Positions 10,029-19,536 of a stretch of 64,000 bases of DNA are shown here, piece by piece (the stretch's first letter is position 1; each line of letters starts with the position of its first letter). The notes beneath the pieces were generated by a model. It worked only from the letters and a program-made list of their open reading frames with translations, had not been told where the DNA came from and did not search any database. The stretch is from Eledone cirrhosa (Eukaryota): contig OZ024742.1 in the NCBI GenBank assembly GCA_964016885.1, positions 17,484,001 through 17,548,000 on the forward strand, written 5' to 3'. The position numbers were made by a program, and so were the translations under genes.

Positions 10029-13000
10029 CTACAGGCTGATATAGAGAGAAGGCCCATTCACTCGGGCAATTCTCGCCACTTTCACCCACCTTTCATAAAA
10101 CTTGCTGGGGTACAGCACCTCTCTCTCCATCCTGATTCTTCTTCCAAAGTGGTATTTGAAAAAAAAGAATCAGTTGTTGGCCGAAGAGAAAGGTGTCTGA
10201 CCTCAGCCCTTTCAACCTTGTCCACTATACAACCTCTTTCGCCATAGCTATCACACAAAGGAAAACCGCCTCTCCTCGTTTTTGAAGGAGGGTGGCGGTT
10301 TGATCATGACAATGGACTGGGTGGTCAACCGGATTGGTCCCACTCGCGACAATAGTCGTTCTACATAGCCCCACAGATCAGTGACGCCCGGGCAGTGTAT
10401 GAATCCGTGCGCGACGGTTTCTTCGTCTCGCACGCACCTCGGACAGATCTTTTTTGCAGGGTCCCCGCCCGGGCGCCCATGTCTGTAGAGCTTGTCTCGA
10501 ACTCGTAGAGCTTCTCGGTAGCACTGCCAGGCCAGGGACTTTTGGAAGTTGTCCATCGGTCCCGGGCGGAAGGTCCTACCGAACAGACTGGCCAGTTCAT
10601 CTTCCTCTACGCCTAGAGTTTCACCGAGCGCGTCGTCGCACTTGCTGCGGATCAACCCTCTATAGAATGACAAAATGGAGTCTCCACTGATCGCTGGGTC
10701 CGCCTGCCAGAGGGCTGTGAGCGCCTGAGCACATTCGATGTGTCAGTCGCTCGTTTTCCTCGATCTTTGCTTGACCCAGGACTGCAGCTCGGTCAGCGAG
10801 ACGAGTCGTGGGAAGGCTTGCCTCACGAATGGGGCCCACACCGGTTGTCCGGTGAGAATACGTAGAGATGCCGCAGCCTGAGCGCGTGTTTGCGCATCGT
10901 CAACCACGGCATCCCCAGCCCTCCGTTAGAAGGGTGTTGGCAGCAGATGGATCTTCTCACCAAAGGAGCCCGTCTCTTCCAAAGGAATTGGAAGAGCGCC
11001 CGTTCCATTTTGGCGAGCGTTTCGGCTGGACAAGGCACGATGGTCAAGCGGTAGTAGATGGCGGACGCTATAAAAGTGTTTGCCACCTCCGCTCGAACTT
11101 TCAAGGATAGTTTGCACTCGGCTCACTTCTGGGTCAGTGCAAACACCTTGACCGTCAATTCGTTCAAGTTCTTCTTCACCTGGAGGTCCGGACCAAACCA
11201 GACCCCGAGCAGCTTTACTGGTCCTTCCGTCCAGCGTCCGACGACGCCATCGGAAGGCATCGGTTTGCCTCTCCACGATCCGAGTTGCAAACCGATGGAC
11301 TTGTCCCGGTTCAGCTTCGCTCCTGTGAAACTTTCGTATTCCTTCAGTAAGGTGCCAACTTCCTCGGGTTGCGAGGCGGTCGACACCATTACTGTCACGT
11401 CGTCGGCGTAGGCCGACGCCGCTTTCCGCAGTCCCGGTTCCAGAGGGATGCCCTGCAATAGCTCCAACTTCCGCAGTAGTGGCTCGAGAGTCAGTACGTA
11501 CAGAAGGGAGGAGAGAGGGCATCCCTGTCGAATGGATCGCGTAATATGGAACGGCTCCGAGATGTAGCCGTTCACCTTGACCTTTGAGCAGATGTTGCTG
11601 TTGTGCATTGCAGTAATCCAGCCCCTGAACACGGGTCCGAAGCCTGCCGCCTCGAGCACCGCATCCAGGTAACGATGGTCAACCCTATCGAAAGCCTTAG
11701 ACTGATCCAAGTTGATCAGCGCCCCACCGAAGCCGGGTTTACACCCTACCCTCTCTATGATGTATCGCATGAGGTGGAGGTTGTCGTGTATGGACCTGGT
11801 CGGGATTGCGCATGTCTGCGCTTCTCCCACCAGGTTCTCGACGACAAGCGCCAGCCTCCTTGCCAACACCTTGGCCAAAATCTGTAACTCTCTGTTTAGC
11901 AGAGTTATGGGCCGGAAGTTGCCTATGTCATCCCCCTTATTCTCGTCCTTCCTGATTAGTGTGACTACGCCCCCGGTTACAGAACTGGGAATTCTCCCGT
12001 TCTGTTGCCAGTTGCAGTAGACCGCTTCCAGGAGACCGGAGAATAAGTCCGGCATTGCTACGTAAAATTCGTAGGGTAGACCGTCGAGACCTGGAGATTT
12101 GCGTTTGCCGCATTTGCTCAACGCGTCCCCTATCTCAGCGGCTAAAATCGGCTTTTCGCAGAAGTTTGCCTCGCTGTCCGAAACTCGCGGTAGGCTGTCG
12201 AGGTATGGACCGAAATCCATAGCCCCTCCCGGCGGGCCGCCCCGCCCGAACATTTGAGCAAAGTGCCGCTGAAAGGCCGCACACATCTGCTTAGGCTCAC
12301 GTTCACGCGTCTGTTTTGGTCCTTCAAAGACCGAATCGTGGACTTGTTGCCACTTTTTGCCTTCGTCACTCGGGCCCAGCTAACAGCTTTGGCTCCCTCA
12401 TTTCCCAGAGCACGTATTTTGCTTCTGACAACGCAGCCCTCATGCTTTGCGTCGAAGAACTGGTCCAAGGCCGTTCTCGTTGCTAGCACGCTGGCTACGT
12501 TGCCACTTCTAATTGCCTCTTCTACTTTATCTACCAGTTCCTTCTCGGTTCTATTTCTATCTAACGCTAATTCTTTACTAAAAACTAACGAGTCTAATCT
12601 GCCCTCTTGAGAGAGTACCACCATCTGTTGTTGACAATGGCACCTGTCAAGTGCTGTTTAACTAAAGTGCTAATCCGTCTTTGCTTGTCGGTAACGACAA
12701 GTTCAGCTTCCAGTAGCCGGGTCCTTGTCTATAGGTTCTATCAAGGTTGGCCATGCAGGTCACTAGTTTGTGATCTGAATAGGCAACCATGAACATTTGT
12801 GGACAGCTTAACATGTCCCTATCCTTATTTATAACTAGAACCCTATCTAGGTACGATCTACATGTTCCGCTACGATTACTCCACGTCCACAGTGGCGCAG
12901 TCGGAAAATCTAGTCGATATCTATCGGCTAGGTCAAATCGGTCGATTAACTGTTTGAGGCTGTTACAGCCCCTTTATCGGGACATGCTCCCACATAGTCC

Positions 13001-13448
13001 CAACGTGCATCTAGGATTCCATTCCAGTCCCCCACTAAAAGCAAGGAGCGGGACGTTCCCAGAAAAGTCTCTAGACGTTTGAAGAAGTCTGGCCGCGGTG
13101 TCCCGGATGGGGCATATGCGGCCACCAGCCTGAAGGCTCCACCTTCACTACCGCCAACGTCTAGGACCACCAGTCTACCCTCCGGGTCCAGATGTACCGT
13201 CTGTGTAACGAGGCCCAGGTGTTTCCGCAGCAAAACGGCAACTCCGCCCCCACCTCCGATTGACAGAGAGATGCGTAGATCTCAAAGTCATCGAAGATGG
13301 GGGCCAGCTGTCGCCCGCTGTGGATCCTGGACTCGCAAATGGCTACCATATCCATACTGTGCGACCTGAAGTCGTTTAAGAGTTTGCCCTGTTCCCAGGG
13401 CATCCCCAGGCTTCGTACGTTCACACATCCAACTCTTATATTGGCCAG
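10029..13448 (-). pseudogene. LINE ORF2 (AP endonuclease + reverse transcriptase + C-terminal Zn finger), disrupted
   Basis: Endonuclease motifs IRVGCVNVRSL, VAICES, EGRLVVLDV, AAYAPS and LVGDWN. RT motifs KSPGLDGLPYEFY, NFRPITLLN, LDQSKAFDRVDH, RQGCPLSSLLY and AYADD. C-terminal CPRC..ETVAHGFIHC. Split across at least six ORF-track fragments by frameshifts and stops. Confidence 0.92.
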
Positions 13449-13480
13449 TTGGTGCTGAAAATTTAAAAGAGGAAAAAAGA

Positions 13481-15394
13481 TCACTCACCCTTCGTCTCCT
13501 GGGGACCAGGCTGCACGATTTCCATGGGGGTGTTGGAGGGGTTGTCTGGGTGGGTGGTGGTTTCCGGTGGGGTGGGGACGGAGATATTTCGTGGGGTGGG
13601 GTCTGGTGGGATGGGGGTGTATGGGGTGGGGAGACATTTGAGAAGGACGCGGTTAAGTGGTTTCACGCAGGAATTCCCCACAACCGTTTCAAATGTTTCT
13701 TTTAGGGACCTATAAGTTTGTATAGGCACCCTAATCAGTTTTAGGTTCAGTTTTTTGTTATTTTTAATAGAGTGGGCGAAAGTTTTCCCTTCGGTTTTCA
13801 CTGAAGGGTTGTTCGTGATGGTCTCCCTTAGTGTTTTGTTTTCAGTGTTTATGTAAGTGTAAGTGTAATTTTCTTGTGTTGTGTTTGTTTTTGTCTGTAG
13901 TTCTTGTGTGTGCTCTCGTTTTGTTGTAGGTATTTTGTTTTCAGGAGGTGGGGGTTTTGTTTGTGATGTTTTTGTTGTTTGTGTTGGTGATTGTATGTTT
14001 GTGGTTGTGTTTGCTGGTTTTTTGTTTTTGTGATGTCTTTTCTTTCTTTTCGAGCGGTGGGGTTCTCCCTCGTCTTCACTGGGTGATGGCGAGATAGCCT
14101 CATCTGTTGTATCGTCTGTGTGATTGAGGAGGGGTATGTCTTGGGGAGCTGTTGTGTCTGTATGTGATTTTGCAGTGGTTTTAGGTGGAGTGGGGTTGGG
14201 TGGGACTGTGTTTGTTGTGGTTATTTTTGTGTGTTGGTGTTGTTGTTGTGGTGGTGGTGTTGGTGGTTGTGTTGTTTTGATGGGTGTCGGCAGAAGAGCC
14301 TTTTTTTACTCATTAATTTAGGACAGGAAGCCCTCAGGTGACCCCTGCTAAAGCAATGGTAACATGAAGGCCGCCTACCCTCAACCGAAAAGTTTATGTA
14401 GGTGAGTCCGTCCAGGAGTACACGTTGTGGGATCATAGCTATTCGCTCTGGGCTCATTTGCACCAGAACTTCAATGGTAGTCCCATTGAATACATCTCTG
14501 GGGGACTTTCCTACTGACAGTATTCTGTCATCATCAAAATTGATGAAGCCGCACAGTAGCCACCATATGTTCACCTTTGGTGTGACACTCGTGATTTTGA
14601 TCTTTTGTGTCCTTTTTCCCATGTATGTAGGGAAAAAGGTGTACAGGTTGGATACATTTGGCGACACAGAGTAATTTTGAGCCGTCAATTGATCCTTCAT
14701 GAGTACCGAAATACTCCCAAAAAGTTTGCTTCTTTGAATGAATGCAACATCATTCATTGAATTTTTGAAAACCAGTTCAATTTCTTTCTGTGACAATTGG
14801 ACTGGTTTTCGGGTAGAATTGGAAACTGTTCTAAAAACTATCGTTTTGAGAGCAGTTTCCTTGCGAATTTCTACCGGAGAATTGATGCTGAAAGCACCAT
14901 TTTTTTCGAAAGTGACATATCTCCTAGCGTCCTTTAAAAGTTGTTCGGCATTTGTTATGTCGAGATATGTCATTTTGGTTTCTTTGTGGAGATTTTTGGT
15001 TTCTTTGTGGATTATCCATGTTGGTGGTGTCGTCATTATTGTTGTTATTGTTGTTGTTATTCTTGTTGTCACCGATGTTGATATTATTCGTATTTTCCTT
15101 GGTGTTGGTGTTGGTGTTGTTGTTGTCTTTGATGCTGGTGTTATTGGTGTTGTCTTTATTTTTTTCTTTGTTGTTGTTATCATTGTTGTTTTTATCATCA
15201 TTATTGGTGTTGTTGTTATTTTTGTTGTCATTGAGCTGTTTGGTGTCATTTGTGTTGTTTGGATATGAATTTGTTTTTACATTTTCATTTCGTCTTTCCA
15301 TCTCTATAGTATCTAGGGAAGAAGACGATGTTGACTGCGAGCTCTGTAGTCTTACCGACTCTCCACCACCATTATTGTTGAACGCAACGTTCAT
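13481..15394 (-). pseudogene. LINE ORF1 (gag-like nucleic-acid-binding protein), disrupted
   Basis: CX2CX4HX4C knuckle CYHCFSRGHLRASC in ORF 14221-15249. Asn-rich N-terminus (ORF 14924-15562, first plausible ATG at 15394) and Thr/Pro/Lys-rich C-terminus ending at 13481 just before ORF2. The start position is uncertain. Confidence 0.75.
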
Positions 15395-15615
15395 AACGTA
15401 ATCAAACTTATAATTTTTTTTTTTTTCCAAAATTCGATGGAGAAAATATTTTTCAAACGAATATTTCGCCCCTGTAGGGGCGAAAATGAGTTGACCCACC
15501 ACCTGAAGGGCAAGACGAGGGGTCAAGTTACGCAATAATATAAAATTTAACTGAAAACTCACGTTTTTTTCTTACATAAAATAACGGAAACTTCTCCGCA
15601 AAGTTACACACGTCT

Positions 15616-15636
15616 GATAGAGAGAGATATAGATAG

Positions 15637-15667
<31 letters not shown>

Positions 15668-15679
15668 GATAGATAGATA
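15616..15679. repeat. (GATA)n microsatellite between the two LINE copies
   Basis: AGAT run with a short GA stretch. Confidence 0.95.
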
Positions 15680-16158
15680 ACTTTCTTTTTATTTGCCACC
15701 AGGGCATCAAAAGTGGGACAAGTACAATGGGGGGAGTTTACATGCAAAGGCGTATTCAATATGGAGGAGACAATAACAAGATATAAAATAATAAAAATAA
15801 AATAAAATATAACAAAATAAATTTTATAACAATATCCTCAATAGGGAGGAGGCGCCTTGGGGGTCGCACACACCACCGAAAAAAAGTGTGCAACCCTTCT
15901 CCTCAGGAGCACAGAGAGGGGGTGCTCCCTTGGTCTTTCATCTTCCTCACCTATAGTCTGATGTAGAGTGAAGGCCCATTCACACGGGCCATTCTCGCCA
16001 CTTTCACCCATCTTTCATAAAAAGGGCTAAGGTGCAGCACCTCTCTCTCCATCCTGATTCTTCTTCCAAAATGATATTTGAAAAAACAAATCAGTTGCTC
16101 GCCGGAGAGAAAGGTGTCTGACCTCAACCCTTTTAACCTCGTCCACCATATAACCTCT
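15680..16158 (-). mobile_element. 5'-truncated copy of a related L1/Tx1 LINE (ORF2 C-terminus + 3'UTR)
   Basis: Homologous to about 9790-10237 (e.g. GCAGCACCTCTCT..CCATCCTGATTCTTCTTCCAAA, GAGAAAGGTGTCTGACCTCA). The 3'UTR is visibly diverged. Confidence 0.9.
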
Positions 16159-16162
16159 ATAA

Positions 16163-16239
<77 letters not shown>

Positions 16240-16243
16240 AAGA

Positions 16244-16304
<61 letters not shown>

Positions 16305-16337
16305 AAGAACGAAAGAGAGAGAGAGGGAGAGAGAGAG
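16163..16337. repeat. (GATA)n microsatellite followed by (GA)n
   Basis: AGAT run to about 16303, then a GA-rich tract. Confidence 0.96.
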
Positions 16338-16746
16338 TTAAATCTCTTTCACATCGTTAATTGGTTCCAGAAGTGAAAAATATGGTCAAAAATGGCAGAT
16401 GTGAAATTAACCCCTCCTTCTCCCCTATAAATGTCTACTAGGCATTCTCTACATTACTTCATACTGTGTATTTTAGCATTTATTCAAATGTTATTTTATG
16501 TTTTTATTGGGTTTTTTAGAGTATTTTTATGGTTTAATAATTTTGACAGACCAACGTAAAGTTGAGTCAATCGACATAATACGAAGTTTATTTTTTAAAA
16601 AAAATCGCCGTAACTTGGAAAATGAGGAAGTGGAAACGATGTAAACTGAGGTGTACTTGTATATCATGAGAGATAGAATTATACCTTGACATATTCTACA
16701 CTTTGATCATAGCCAAAAGGCCGAGAAGCGATAGTAGCTTGACATA

Positions 16747-16930
16747 TGGATTGGCAGTATCGGTAGAGAGTCGGACGCCATACTTTGCAGCACAGTTACA
16801 TCCCTTTACGGACTCCGTTCAAATCCCGTCGAGGTTAACTTTACCTTTCATCCTTACGGGGTCGATAAAATAAAGTACCAGTAATGTACTGGAATAATTG
16901 CTGGCCTTGTGCCAAAAGTAGAAACAGTTA
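16747..16930 (+). mobile_element. tRNA-derived SINE (same family as 2197)
   Basis: TGGATTGGCAGTATCGGTAGAG ... GTTCAAATCCCG ... CCTTTCATCCTTACGGGGTCGATAAAATAAAGTACCAGT. Confidence 0.88.
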
Positions 16931-17007
16931 CAATAGTAATTAACGGTATACACTTTTTGCTGTTATGTTAGAATTACACATTCTGTCTTCATCGTTATTG
17001 CTATTAC

Positions 17008-17490
17008 GGCGGCCGGTGGATTAGCAGCATCGGTAGAGCGTCAAACAACATGCTTGGTGACATAGAGTTACAGCCCTTTATCTTATGAGTTCAAATCCCG
17101 CCTAGGTTAGCTTTGGCTTTCATCCTTATTCGTGTGTGTGTGACAGCTCACACCTATGCAGGTTTAGCTGGCCTCCTCCAAGGTATATCTCGTTGGAGGT
17201 GTCGTGGGTGATTTAATGATAGGGACCCCAGTCCTATGAACTCATTTCTACAGCTGAGTAAACTGGAACAACGTGAAATAAAGTGTCAAACAACACATCA
17301 CCCAGTCCGAGAATTGAACTCGCAACCTTTCGATTGCAAGCCCAATGCTCTAACCACTAACCCATGTGCCTTATGGTGTGGCTAAAATAAAGTACCAGTG
17401 ACGAACTGGAGTAGATTTAATCGACTTTCTTCTCCCACCAAAATTGTTGGCCTTATGTCTAGAAATCAGAAACCATTGTTATTACTATTA
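17008..17490 (+). mobile_element. tRNA-derived SINE interrupted by a nested SINE
   Basis: Head GGCGGCCGGTGGATTAGCAGCATCGGTAGAG..GAGTTCAAATCCCG..CTTTCATCCTTA ends at about 17129 and resumes at about 17371 with TGG..TAAAATAAAGTACCAGT..TGGCCTT. Confidence 0.83.
17130..17370 (-). mobile_element. Second-family tRNA-derived SINE, nested
   Basis: Minus strand reads GGCACATGGGTTAGTGGTTAGAGCATTGGGCTTGCAATCGAAAGGTTGCGAGTTCAATTCTC (tRNA-like head with A and B boxes), followed by a body and a (CA)n tail. CCTTAT is duplicated at 17124-29 and 17369-74. Confidence 0.83.
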
Positions 17491-19227
17491 GACTAACTGT
17501 AACACTGTTATTCTTTATTTTCTGATTTTAATTTTCATAAACCTAGACATTTCATGAATTTAGATGAGAGGATCATGTGGCGTGTACAGAAGATCAATCT
17601 ACCGCTTCCGAGGAAAATTGTTTCTCTCTCTATAAGAAAGAACAGTTACGCTCAACGCAAGGTCTCCTTTTATTCCATAGCATACGAATTTATCCAAACT
17701 CATTATTTTCGCTGTATAATGTTTGCCACCACACGCCACCACCACTTTTTTCATGTTATACCTAGAAATGTGTACATCCCGTTATATATCACCTGTAAGA
17801 TTTGCTTTGTTGGTGGCATTAGAGATCTAAATCGTTGTAATGTTTTGATAAAACATTCGTCACCTTATGGCGAGGAAGAGGCAAATATGAGGTAGAATTA
17901 TAATATGAAACTTTTTCTCACACCGTTTAAGTCGCAGGAAAAGAAAATAGTGTTAATCGAAATCAAAATGGTTTACTGATTTAGCTCTTCAAATATTGAC
18001 ATTTACACTAAGGTACTGTATATACGAAGTATTATTGATTTTTAACTTATTTTAAATGCAAAGAATATGAAATTGTGTGACGATGCAATAACTACGAAAA
18101 GGAATCGAAATCAAACCCCGAACGCCACAGACTGGACACTTAATTTTTCCTCTATGCTATTCCCCAAAGCTGTATATAATTCATTGGTAATATTGTTTAA
18201 GATCAGAGAATGGAAGCAAACTGTAGACAACTGGATTATGATCTACATGTTTCACTTCGTTTGGATTGAAAAAACAATGTTATTCAGATTTATTATCTTT
18301 CATTAGACTCTAAGATCGATAAGTACCAGTAATTCTCTTGAAAGAATTCAATCAATTTTATTCTTCTCTCCTAAACAATAATTATCTAACGCCAGTGCAA
18401 AAGGAATTATTCGTAATTTCTATTTTCTTTTTAATGAGATCATTACTATAAAAAAAGTGTGCTTTCATTCACATTATAAAGGTCAATTAAATTCGCTGTG
18501 ATAACTCTTCACTTTTCTAGATTATTATCCAATACAAAATGACAGCAAATATTACAATCTCTTATCTTCAATTCTGCTCACGACTGATATATAAGCATCG
18601 TGGTATTGAGTGCAGCTGGCCATTGTGAAGAATGTTTCCGTGTTCCATACTTTTTTACTATATCTTCTTTCAGGTTGTTCCCAAGATTTTCCCGATAAGA
18701 TTAATCAAGACTAGTTCTACAGAAATAAAATGTGAGATTTAATGAGAAATGTAGTGGACATAGTACCAGAACAAAGCTGGCTGGATTTGTAAATGTTTCG
18801 GATAACGATAAACTGGATTTGGTATTTAAATTGGACACCGTTTTAATGTTTCACAGTATTACTGTTCAACTAGAAATAGAAGTAAGCTGAAAAGAAATGT
18901 AATCATTTATCATGACGTGAAAGCATTTGTGTGCGATTCTGTTTATTACTTAGTATATATGCGTGTTTGCTAATGTATTCATGACCAGTTTATTAATTGA
19001 GTGAGTGCGTATAAGGGTGGAATAGTTAGAGGTCATCATGAACGTCTTTGCCAATGTTTATATAAGATTTCGGATAGGCGTCGATTTAAATACGTGTTTT
19101 CCGTATCTGTATTTCTGTGTGTTTCTGGTTTTAGTTTTCACATTTCTCACCAACAGAGAGATTTAGGGTTTGTAAAACAGAATCTAGGCTATTTAATTGG
19201 AATTTAGACACCAACTAGATAGCCAGG

Positions 19228-19237
19228 CATGTATGTG

Positions 19238-19274
<37 letters not shown>
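19228..19274. repeat. (TA)n / TG-TA microsatellite
   Basis: ATGTATGTGTATGT followed by a TA run. Confidence 0.9.
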
Positions 19275-19276
<2 letters not shown>

Positions 19277-19435
19277 AGGGAGTTTATCTTGGAGTTACTG
19301 TAGGTTTGCCTGGGTAAGCACTCGATGTTAGGTTCACTTCAGTGTCGAGTTGTAGAGCTAGACAGAGTGTATTATAGTGAACATCTGACTTTATCATACG
19401 GCATGTATATTCATTTTTCCATTAGCATTACAAGG

Positions 19436-19520
19436 GGTTTGACGAGCCGCGGATTACAGAGTCGGGTCATATCGATACAGAACGAACCTTGAGCTGATCA
19501 GTGGCGAAACGCGCGTCATC
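19436..19520 (+). ncRNA. Degenerate hammerhead-ribozyme-like motif with a long stem II
   Basis: GGT-TTGACGA-GCCGC..(50 nt)..GTGGC-GAAAC-GCGC-GTC-ATC. Position C3 is replaced by U, helix III has a palindromic GCGC loop, and AATAAA follows at 19525-30. Confidence 0.55.
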
Positions 19521-19536
19521 AACAAATAAACGTAAT

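Larger units (their letters stand above)
9790..15616 (-). mobile_element. Full-length degraded L1/Tx1-clade non-LTR retrotransposon
   Basis: 5'UTR, ORF1 with a zinc knuckle, ORF2 with AP endonuclease, RT and CCHC domains, and a 3'UTR with AATAAA (9796-9801 on the minus strand). Flanked on both sides by (GATA)n. Confidence 0.92.

Noticed and set aside
13500-13632. G-quadruplex-like G-runs on the plus strand
   Set aside because: They are adequately explained by Pro/Thr codons (CCN/ACN) of the LINE ORF1 C-terminus on the minus strand.
9993-15401. Plus-strand ORFs overlapping the LINE
   Set aside because: They are antisense shadows of ORF1/ORF2 with no recognisable motifs.
17305-17370. Functional tRNA gene on the minus strand (also the heads at 2197, 16747 and 17008)
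   Set aside because: The acceptor stem does not pair, and each head continues into a SINE body and tail.
17554-19207. Short ORFs at 17554-17895, 18067-18306 and 19001-19207 as host exons or transposase remnants
   Set aside because: No recognisable domain or convincing splice pattern; they cannot be supported without a homology search.
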